Origin: Bacteroidales bacterium
GTDB lineage: Bacteria; Bacteroidota; Bacteroidia; Bacteroidales; UBA4417
Direction of reading: 5' to 3'
DNA: 64,000 nt
NCBI GenBank assembly: GCA_038237165.1
Contig: JBBRYZ010000003.1
Coordinates: forward strand, 2,898-66,897
Shown here: positions 1 through 7,932 of the stretch, piece after piece
Layout of the letters: each line of letters opens with the position of its first letter
How positions within the stretch are numbered: the first letter of the stretch is position 1
Position numbers and translations under genes: made by a program
The notes under the pieces: generated by a model
Seen by the model: the letters and a program-made list of their open reading frames with translations, nothing else
Database searches by the model: none
Told to the model about the DNA's origin: nothing

Positions 1-2670
1 GGATATATCTGCAACAACTATATCCTGGTTAAAATCATCGTTGTTTTGAGCCATGGTTTCATTTTTTGCAATGTGTAAAATGATTTTCCGGTACAGGTCA
101 TCCGAATCAAAAGGTTTTGAAATATAACCCTGCATGCCCGCTGCTTCGCATTCTTCAACAATGCCTTTAAGTACGTTAGCCGAGAGCGCCAATATTGGTG
201 TGGAAATATGCAACTCCCCGCGTATCAGTTTGCTTGCGGTCATTCCATCCATTACCGGCATCTGAATATCCATCAATATAATATCGAATGAATTTGTTGC
301 CAGTATATCAATTGCCTGTTGCCCGTTGCCGGCAACAACTACCCGCGCACCCCATTTTTCGAGTATAGTGGTAGCAAGTATCTGGTTAAGCTTATTGTCT
401 TCGACCAAAAGGATTGAATGACCGGAAAGCGATTTTTGCGCAGCAGTCACCATAGTTCCGCAGCTTTGAGATATTCCGCCTTCAGTAACTTTCAGGTCAA
501 CCGAAAAATAAAACTTACTCCCCACATTCTTAACACTTTCGACACTGAGTTTACTACCCATAAGTTCCACAATCTGTTTGCTGATGGCGAGGCCAAGCCC
601 GGAACCGCCATACGTCCTGGCGATCGTAGTATCTTCCTGTTTGAAGCTTTCAAATATCATTTCCTGGCTTTCAGCGCTAATTCCTATTCCTGTATCTTCC
701 ACTTCAAAACGCACCTTCATACTCCGTCCGGTTTCACTTTCCAGTTTACAGCGAATTCCTATTTTCCCCTGCGGAGTAAATTTAATCGCATTACTTAACA
801 GGTTAGCCAGTACTTGCTGTAGCCTTAATGGATCTCCCTTGTGCGAATGACCTATGGTTTCATCAATATAAAAATCCAGTTCGATTTGCTTTTCCCTTGC
901 AATATAAAGATTTGAGTTATAAACGCTTTTTACCACATCATGAATATCGAAGTTTGTTTCTTCGAGAATCATATCACCGGATTCTATTTTTGAAAAGTCA
1001 AGAATATCGTTAACTATCATCAGAAGATGGTCGGAGGATGTTTTAATATTTTCAATAAGCTTACTTTCCGGACCTTTGATGCCGGCTTCGTGGAGCATAC
1101 GAACCATTCCGACAACGGCGTTGAGCGGGTTCCTGATTTCGTGGCTCATAATGGCCAGGTATTTACTTTTTGCCTCGGTGGCAGCTTCGGCGGCCTCCAG
1201 AGCTTGCTGCAATGCCTTATCAGCTTCTTTACGGCTTGTTATATCCCTTGCTATACCGGTAGTTCCAAGTAGTTGTCCGTTGAGACCGATAATGGGTGCG
1301 CGAAAAATCTCAAACCATGCCGTTTTATGATTAAAATCAACAAGCTCTTCGAAACTGTTTATTTCCCGGCTCTGCATTACCAGTTTATCCTGATCAATAA
1401 AATGGCTGCCTGCCTCTGTATTCCATATGTCCCTGGGATCATTACCAATAATTTTGGCCTCGTCGATAATGCTGAAATAGTCCAAAAAAGGCTTGTTCAC
1501 AGCCATATATTTCGAATCAACATCCTTCAGCCACATCTGGAAAGGAACATTGTTGAAGATTGCTTTAAGTGAGGCCTCCCTGTTTTGCAGAGCTTCCGCT
1601 TTTCGTTTACGGTCTTCGACATTGCAAAGCAGGTCTGCCAGTATTTGGAGGAAAATAATCTCGTCGGAATTCCATTGTTTTAGTTTTTTGATGGAATCGA
1701 ACCCCACGAATCCAAGACATTCGCCATTGAGGGTGAGCGGTACGGTAATGAATGTTTTTATCTCTCCAAAGTCCTGAATATTAAACACAGGATCATTCGG
1801 ATCCAGTTTGCTTATATCCTGAATTGTAAACATCTCTCCTTTTTTATGGGCTTCGACAAGAGCGGGGAAAAATTCATTTGGAATTAGCTGACGGCCTGAA
1901 CTTCTGCGTGATATAGTATTGGCACACCATTCATGGGTATTCGACATGGTGTTTTTTGTGAAATCGTATTCAAATACATAAACCCGTTCAATTTCATTGC
2001 CTTCGCCTACTACCGAAAGTAATCGGGCAATAGCCTCGTTACTTTTCTCAACGGGTACATTGATAAATTCAGTTGCCAGGTGAGTAAGCAGGTCCTGAAG
2101 GGTTAGCAGCAAGTGCAGCTTTTCTTCCGATCTTATCGCTTTAATATCTGAATATGAAGCTTTGTTGTTGGTAACATCTGTCTTGAACGTTTTACCGGTC
2201 GGTTCTTTTTCCGCCTGGCAAATAGTATCTGATTCAAAACTCAACCGCTCAAGTTTTTCGGAAATAACACAGGCTTTTGCCAGATGATTGATAACAGGTA
2301 AAAGTTTTTGTATAAAAACAGGATCAGGAGATTTGCGAAAGTGAAGCGCCAATAATCCGAAACCGGCTAATAAAAACAAATGAAAATCGATAGAATCCAG
2401 GTTGATAATGCGGAAAGGCTCATTCAGGGATAATCCCTCATACAGAAAAGAGGCCTTTTTAATCAACCAATCATGTTCTGTTTTTTGCAATCCATAATCC
2501 GCAACATCCTTCACTTCATATCCTTTAAAACTTAAAACCGAAGCTGCTTTGCAGTCCAGTTTTTCAACAATAAGTGGCATGGTAAGCGAAAGTATATCAC
2601 TGCCCGTGTTAACACCAATTGATATTGCCAACTCAAGAAGCAGACTTTCTGTTTTGTAATTCAATTCCAT
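1..2670 (-). CDS. hybrid sensor histidine kinase/response regulator (GAF/PAS - HisKA - HATPase_c - REC); C-terminus runs off the window
   Basis: Absent from the ORF track because it is open at the window edge. Translating the minus strand by hand from the ATG at 2670 gives 890 uninterrupted codons (MELNYKTESLLLELA...). H-box LAIMSHEIRNPLNAV, G-box RTYGGSGLGLAISKQIV, then receiver ILLVEDNKLNQ...IILMDIQMPVMDG...ISKPF. The plus-strand ORFs 418-1777 are antisense shadows. Confidence 0.85.
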   Translation of the reverse strand, partial: MELNYKTESLLLELAISIGVNTGSDILSLTMPLIVEKLDCKAASVLSFKGYEVKDVADYGLQKTEHDWLIKKASFLYEGLSLNEPFRIINLDSIDFHLFLLAGFGLLALHFRKSPDPVFIQKLLPVINHLAKACVISEKLERLSFESDTICQAEKEPTGKTFKTDVTNNKASYSDIKAIRSEEKLHLLLTLQDLLTHLATEFINVPVEKSNEAIARLLSVVGEGNEIERVYVFEYDFTKNTMSNTHEWCANTISRRSSGRQLIPNEFFPALVEAHKKGEMFTIQDISKLDPNDPVFNIQDFGEIKTFITVPLTLNGECLGFVGFDSIKKLKQWNSDEIIFLQILADLLCNVEDRKRKAEALQNREASLKAIFNNVPFQMWLKDVDSKYMAVNKPFLDYFSIIDEAKIIGNDPRDIWNTEAGSHFIDQDKLVMQSREINSFEELVDFNHKTAWFEIFRAPIIGLNGQLLGTTGIARDITSRKEADKALQQALEAAEAATEAKSKYLAIMSHEIRNPLNAVVGMVRMLHEAGIKGPESKLIENIKTSSDHLLMIVNDILDFSKIESGDMILEETNFDIHDVVKSVYNSNLYIAREKQIELDFYIDETIGHSHKGDPLRLQQVLANLLSNAIKFTPQGKIGIRCKLESETGRSMKVRFEVEDTGIGISAESQEMIFESFKQEDTTIARTYGGSGLGLAISKQIVELMGSKLSVESVKNVGSKFYFSVDLKVTEGGISQSCGTMVTAAQKSLSGHSILLVEDNKLNQILATTILEKWGARVVVAGNGQQAIDILATNSFDIILMDIQMPVMDGMTASKLIRGELHISTPILALSANVLKGIVEECEAAGMQGYISKPFDSDDLYRKIILHIAKNETMAQNNDDFNQDIVVADIS

Positions 2671-2886
2671 ACAAGAGAGATATGAGTAGATTCAGGAATG
2701 CCCTTCTGAAAATCATAGCTCTGATCAAACAAAATATAGTAGAATATTACAATTGATCAGACTATCCAACATTTATTAATGTTCGAGACATCAAAAAGTA
2801 ATACTGGCATTGTAATAATTGTATGGATTACAGAAACTGGAGACTGCAAAACTGCGGCGCCCGGAACGAGAATTGAGATAACAGGC

Positions 2887-4230
2887 CTAAAGATCATATT
2901 TACTGATCATTCGGTAAACTGTCGCCCTGCTGATATCCAGCTTGTTAGCCACCTGGATGGCGTTTTTATTATACTGTTTCAAAAAGTGAGTCAATATCTT
3001 CACGTTATAGGCTTCCATGGTAAGTTCCTCATCAAAAATATTTCCGCCTTCCTGTGCCGATTGTATCTGAATATCATCGGGCATAATCATATCACCTTCC
3101 GAAAGAATTACGGATAGTTCGATAATTGATTTCAGTTCCCTGATGTTACCAGGGAATCTATAGGCAAGTATTTTTTTCTGTGCGGCTGACGAAAGCGTTT
3201 TTAATGGCATACTGTTTTCCTTGCAAAACAGTTTTACAAAGAAGTTGGCCAGCAGTAAAATATCACTGCCTCTATCGCGCAAAGGCGGCAGATTGATTGG
3301 TAACCCCATTAGCCTGTAGTACAAATCCATACGGAAAGTTCCGTCTTTAACCAATGCTGCAAGATCCTTATTTGACGCGGTAATGATGCGTACATCAATT
3401 TTTACTTCTTTGTTGGAGCCAACCCTGATAATTTCACGTTCCTGAAGTACTCTCAGCATTTTGCTTTGCATATTAAGGTCCATTTCGGATATTTCGTCGA
3501 GGAAGAGCGTTCCCTTGTTAGCTTCCTCGAACTTACCGGTGCGCTGGGCTATCGCTCCGGTAAATGAACCCTTTTCGTGTCCGAACAGCTCACTTTCAAT
3601 CAGATCGGCAGGTATTGCGCTAACATTAATTGCAACAAAAGGATGATTACTTCTTACCGAGTTAAAATGCAATGCCTTAGCTACCAGATCTTTACCGGTT
3701 CCTGTTTCGCCATATATTGAAACGCTGATATTGTTATTCAGTGCCTTTTGCATAAGTGCAAACACCGATTTCAAAGGCTGACTCTGGCCTATAATCAGTT
3801 TAGAGAAAGCATATTTTTCGGTTACCGCTTCCTTCAGGTTTGTGTTCTCTTTCCTGAGTTCAACATTCTCCTGTATATTGGTCAATGCGCGCCAAAGCCT
3901 TTTGGGAGCATCATCATTTTTAACTATGTAATCGTATGCACCTACTTTTAGCAGATCAATGGCCGTGGTTATGTCTTCCTGCCCTGATATCATGATTACG
4001 GGAATAGAAGGATTACTTTTTTTAATCCTTTCCAGAGCTTCGCCACCCGTGCAACCAGGTAATGAATAGTCGAGGGTGATAGCGATGGGAAGTTTGTACA
4101 AATTTTTGATACAATCTTCAGCATTTGTAAACTTTTCGACTACATAGTCAGGATTCAGTTTCAGGTTATACTCCAGCAGATCAGCGTACCAGGAATCATC
4201 TTCAACTACAAAAATCAGTGATGTACTCAT
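2887..4230 (-). CDS. sigma-54-dependent response regulator (NtrC/Fis family: REC + AAA+ + HTH)
   Basis: 447 aa. Receiver with ITLDYSLPG, Walker [22 protein letters not shown]-type loop GSFTGA, C-terminal Fis-type [20 protein letters not shown]. Confidence 0.9.
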   Translation of the reverse strand: MSTSLIFVVEDDSWYADLLEYNLKLNPDYVVEKFTNAEDCIKNLYKLPIAITLDYSLPGCTGGEALERIKKSNPSIPVIMISGQEDITTAIDLLKVGAYDYIVKNDDAPKRLWRALTNIQENVELRKENTNLKEAVTEKYAFSKLIIGQSQPLKSVFALMQKALNNNISVSIYGETGTGKDLVAKALHFNSVRSNHPFVAINVSAIPADLIESELFGHEKGSFTGAIAQRTGKFEEANKGTLFLDEISEMDLNMQSKMLRVLQEREIIRVGSNKEVKIDVRIITASNKDLAALVKDGTFRMDLYYRLMGLPINLPPLRDRGSDILLLANFFVKLFCKENSMPLKTLSSAAQKKILAYRFPGNIRELKSIIELSVILSEGDMIMPDDIQIQSAQEGGNIFDEELTMEAYNVKILTHFLKQYNKNAIQVANKLDISRATVYRMISKYDL

Positions 4231-4493
4231 GTGTTATTAATTTAGTTCGCAGGCTAAGTTGCATCCCCATGCAGGCGCACGGACGTTACGAAGACTGCGA
4301 ATGACTCATTATTTGCTTATTCCAAAGATGTTCGGAACAATACTTTCCGATCGTAAAAACAAGTCTGTACAATAATCAAATTTTGATATCAAAAATAGCA
4401 AAATATATCCAAATTGAACCATAAATCTCAAAATGAAACAAGCATTTTCTTTAACCCAAACACAATCCATTGACTGACACAGTAATAAATAAA

Positions 4494-4509
4494 CGGTACA
4501 ACTTTTGCA
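4494..4509 (+). promoter_or_regulatory. candidate sigma-54 (-24/-12) promoter for the orphan receiver gene
   Basis: cGGtAC-aactt-TTGCA against the consensus TGGCAC-N5-TTGCA, with correct GG-N10-GC spacing. The GC lies 26 nt upstream of the ATG at 4534, and a sigma-54 activator gene is divergent from it. Confidence 0.4.
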
Positions 4510-4533
4510 ATCCAGTAAAGAAAGTAATTTTTT

Positions 4534-4980
4534 ATGTTTATCCTTAATGTTGATAATAATCTGTTTCATGCTGCTGTACTGATGGAAATGCTGCTGAAGG
4601 CGGGTTTTGACAATATAGGATACGCTGAAAATGGATTTGACTGCCTGGAGCAGGTAAACATCGAAGAAAGTCCAGATGTTATAATTATTGACGAAAGCCT
4701 TTGTTTTATCAATGGCTTGGATGTTATAAAAAATATACGCATTCTGAAGCCCGAAATCAGGATTATAATTCTGACCGGAGGGGAAACAAATATGAAAGTA
4801 CATCCTAATCCCGAGAAAAAATCGGTTTTCTTTTTCCCAAAGGACAGACTTACAGCCAAAAATCTGCCCAATATCTTGTATAGTATTTTTACAGAAAAGC
4901 TTAATACAGTTTATATATCGCCAGTCCGAAAAGGATTTTCATCATCCAGGAAATTTTTGGCCGGGATTCCGAACTCATAG
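4534..4980 (+). CDS. stand-alone receiver (REC)-like domain protein
   Basis: 148 aa. CheY-like pattern ILNVDNN...DVIIIDESL...IIILTGG. The N-terminal acidic pair is degenerate (DNN). Confidence 0.55.
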   Translation: MFILNVDNNLFHAAVLMEMLLKAGFDNIGYAENGFDCLEQVNIEESPDVIIIDESLCFINGLDVIKNIRILKPEIRIIILTGGETNMKVHPNPEKKSVFFFPKDRLTAKNLPNILYSIFTEKLNTVYISPVRKGFSSSRKFLAGIPNS

Positions 4981-5516
4981 TTTTTTTGAATTGATTTTAG
5001 GAATTCAACTGGATTAGAATTCTCTACCATATTTACATTCAAACTATTAATTATCGCTTATATGACAATACACTCCCTTTGACCTTCATGATCTTTTTAC
5101 CATTTTAAAAATTCTTTCGATTTAATGGAAATGATTTACTTTCGGATATTGAAAGTTAGATTTTAATTTATGCCCAATAAATTTTCTTTTAGAGGAATTT
5201 TCATTGATCCCGCGCTTTTTCTTTCGAAATCATACAACAATATTTAGTGAAAAGTAAAATTCCAAAAGGGAATATCTAACTATTTAGCCTGTTCAAAGCT
5301 ATAATAGTAAAATACGAGCCACAGATTACTCAGACTACACAGAATATTTAAACTGTTGAGGCCAATTGTTGTCATAAAAACTATTGAAAGCACAACTTAA
5401 TCAGTGCCAATCCGCGTAATCTGTGGCAAAATAAATTATTTAAAACCTGAATATTTACAAAATATAAAATTATTTTCATTTTCATAGTACTGTATATCAA
5501 TTATATAATAATTATT

Positions 5517-5576
5517 TACTGTATTTTACGTTATATAACTGTATTTTCAGTTGTATAACTGTATTTTCAGTTGTAT
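5517..5576. promoter_or_regulatory. three tandem 20-bp repeats, each with an AACTG-N6-CAGTT dyad; putative BlaI-family operator
   Basis: tactgtattttacgttata / taactgtattttcagttgta / taactgtattttcagttgta, directly upstream of and overlapping the -7 box of the BlaI-like gene. TACA/TGTA half-sites are typical of BlaI/MecI operators. Confidence 0.45.
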
Positions 5577-5581
5577 ATTTG
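5574..5581 (+). promoter_or_regulatory. Bacteroidota-type -7 box TATATTTG (TAnnTTTG)
   Basis: Exact match to TAnnTTTG, 23 nt upstream of the ATG at 5604. Confidence 0.4.
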
Positions 5582-5603
5582 CATAGAATTAATTCTTCAA
5601 AAA

Positions 5604-6008
5604 ATGAAAATAATGCAGGAAATGAAAAAACTAACCACCGCCGAAGAAGAGGTAATGCAGATTTTATGGAAACTCGGCAAAGGATTCGTAAAAGACATAC
5701 TTGAACAAATGCCGGATCCGAAACCACCATACACAACTGTATTATCGGTGATAAGGGTTTTGGAGAAAAAAGAGTTTGTAAGCCATACCCAATATGGAAA
5801 CACATACGAATATTACGCGCTCGTAACAAAGGAAGACTATGCAGGAGAGCATTTCAACCGTTTTCTCTCGGGGTATTTCAACAACTCATTTCCGAAAATG
5901 GCTGCTTTTTTTGCACGCGAAAACAATCTTACGATGAGCGAACTCGAAGAAATTATCCGCCTGACTGAAAAAGAACTTAACCCTTCAAAAACCGAAAACA
6001 ATGGATAG
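5604..6008 (+). CDS. BlaI/MecI/CopY family transcriptional repressor
   Basis: Winged-helix N-terminus MKKLTTAEEEVMQILW...PPYTTVLSVIRVLEKKEFV. The track ORF begins at 5571, but the promoter box argues for 5604 (or 5613/5622). The stop overlaps the next gene's ATG (ATGGATAG). Confidence 0.85.
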   Translation: MKIMQEMKKLTTAEEEVMQILWKLGKGFVKDILEQMPDPKPPYTTVLSVIRVLEKKEFVSHTQYGNTYEYYALVTKEDYAGEHFNRFLSGYFNNSFPKMAAFFARENNLTMSELEEIIRLTEKELNPSKTENNG

Positions 6009-7809
6009 CATAGTTGAATACCTTATTAAATCAGGCATAGCACTCAGTGTATTTTACCTGTTTTATTGGCTGCTTATGCGAAAATCCACTCATTTTGGAC
6101 TTAACCGCTTAACCCTGGCAGCATCCATTATCGCCTCTTTTTTGCTACCTCTGATAAAAATCAATCTCACTCCTGAAGTAATTGCTTCTACTATTCCCGC
6201 TATGAGTATTGATCTGACTCAGGTTGTAAATATCGTAAGCAAACCGGAACCAGCCTGGGGAATTCGCGAAATCGTGCTGTTGATCTATTTTTCCGGGTTT
6301 GTAATTACGCTATTCAGGCTTATTTACCAGTCCTTTTATATACATGTTATAGCAAAAATGTCGCGCACAATAACCAAAGGCAAGCATACTATAGTATTGG
6401 TTGAGAAAGAGATAACTCCTTTTGCATATTTCAGTAAAATATTTATTCCGGCTTCCAAAATGGAGGAAACTTCATTCGAAAGCATTCTTGCACATGAAAA
6501 GTCTCATCTGAGTCAGTATCATTTTCTTGACCTTTTCCTTATTGAAATTGTAACCATTGTTCAGTGGTTTAATCCGATAGTATGGCTTTATGAGCGAGCA
6601 ATGAAAGAAGTGCATGAATACATGGCCGATGACGAGGTTTTGAAAAAAGGAGTATCGAAGGGAAATTACCAGGCATTGCTGGTTAATCAAGCTTTAGGTG
6701 GGCCGGTGTTTACCATATCACACCAATTTAATCAATCACTTATTTTAAAACGAATCGTTATGATGACTAAAATGAAATCCCCTCAGCTGGCAAAGGCTAA
6801 AGCCTTGCTTTTCGTCCCTTTAACAGCCTGTTTGTTGATGGCTTTCTCGAACCCGGAACCGCTGGTAAAACCAGTAGTTGAAAAAGTTGAATCGTTAAAA
6901 CAGCAAATCAATGATGGCAAACTCCTGCCTGATCTGGCTTCTCAAAATAGTTCGGCTCTGGAAAAAGGATCAATCACAATAAAAGGTAAAGTTATTGATG
7001 GATCAACATCCAAACCTCTTGAAGGAGTTAATATCATTTTATTCCACACAACAAAAGGAACAATATCGGATCCAAAAGGTGAGTTTAAAATAAAAGCGGA
7101 TGGTGCGAAAGTGGTATTGGTATTTTCATATATTGGCTATACAACTCTGGTTCAAGAATTCTCAGCAAGTAGTACTACTGATATTAAATTGTATAAAGAA
7201 GCGATAACTATTGATGAGGTCACTGTAAAAAGCAATGGGGAGAAACAGCGCACAAGAATAGGCTTTGAATATAAAGAGGGCATGGAACCACCGCCAGCAC
7301 CTTATGTATTGGTTGATGGAGTTCCTTCAGAAGGGAATGCATACCAGGAATTGGATCCCAATACCATTGAATCAGTTAATGTGCTAAAAAACGCAAGTGC
7401 AACTGAATTGTATGGCGAAAAAGGGAAAAACGGCGTTATTCTGATTGTTACCAAAAAAGGATCAGCATCTGGAATAAAAAGTCCTGAAGCCAATAATAGT
7501 GATGTAAGTGCGGTTTTTAGAGTTGTTGAAGAAATTCCTTCGTTTCCGGGAGGTCAGGCAGAACTTACCAAATTTCTTTCCAATACTCTGAAGAAGCAGA
7601 CAGAAGGAATTGAGGGAACTGTTTACGCCTCATTTATCGTAAATGAAGATGGTTCGATAACCGAAGCAAAAATTTTACGTGGATTGGGAAAAAGCTACGA
7701 TGATGATGTTTTACGCGTTATCAACCTGATGCCTAAATGGATACCCGGCAAACAAAACGGAAAAGCTGTTGCGACATTGTTCAATATACCGGTTAAATTT
7801 TCAAAATAA
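6001..7809 (+). CDS. BlaR1-like M56 metallopeptidase sensor with CarboxypepD_reg-like and TonB C-terminal domains
   Basis: 602 aa. N-terminal TM helices, HEXXH motif (HEKSH), IKGKVIDGSTSKPLEGVNI (carboxypeptidase regulatory-like), C-terminal EEIPSFPGGQAELTKFL...ASFIVNEDGSI (TonB_C). Confidence 0.8.
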   Translation: MDSIVEYLIKSGIALSVFYLFYWLLMRKSTHFGLNRLTLAASIIASFLLPLIKINLTPEVIASTIPAMSIDLTQVVNIVSKPEPAWGIREIVLLIYFSGFVITLFRLIYQSFYIHVIAKMSRTITKGKHTIVLVEKEITPFAYFSKIFIPASKMEETSFESILAHEKSHLSQYHFLDLFLIEIVTIVQWFNPIVWLYERAMKEVHEYMADDEVLKKGVSKGNYQALLVNQALGGPVFTISHQFNQSLILKRIVMMTKMKSPQLAKAKALLFVPLTACLLMAFSNPEPLVKPVVEKVESLKQQINDGKLLPDLASQNSSALEKGSITIKGKVIDGSTSKPLEGVNIILFHTTKGTISDPKGEFKIKADGAKVVLVFSYIGYTTLVQEFSASSTTDIKLYKEAITIDEVTVKSNGEKQRTRIGFEYKEGMEPPPAPYVLVDGVPSEGNAYQELDPNTIESVNVLKNASATELYGEKGKNGVILIVTKKGSASGIKSPEANNSDVSAVFRVVEEIPSFPGGQAELTKFLSNTLKKQTEGIEGTVYASFIVNEDGSITEAKILRGLGKSYDDDVLRVINLMPKWIPGKQNGKAVATLFNIPVKFSK

Positions 7810-7932
7810 TTTAATCTGCTTTGAATTGTTTTATGAACCGGGGTCGGATAAAAATTCGGCCCCGGTTTTATATATTCAGATTGGCTTACGGGTATTGAAC
7901 ATCAGTTTCGAAACCTGATTATTTGTTGCCGA

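Noticed and set aside
418-1777. Several plus-strand ORFs of 60-126 aa from the ORF track.
   Set aside because: They lie antisense within an uninterrupted 890-codon minus-strand histidine kinase frame that has clear H-, G- and REC motifs. They are shadow ORFs.
4309-4871. Minus-strand ORFs of 164 aa and 101 aa overlapping the receiver gene.
   Set aside because: Low-complexity, AT-driven sequence with no motifs. They overlap a plus-strand frame that has a recognisable CheY-like pattern and a promoter.
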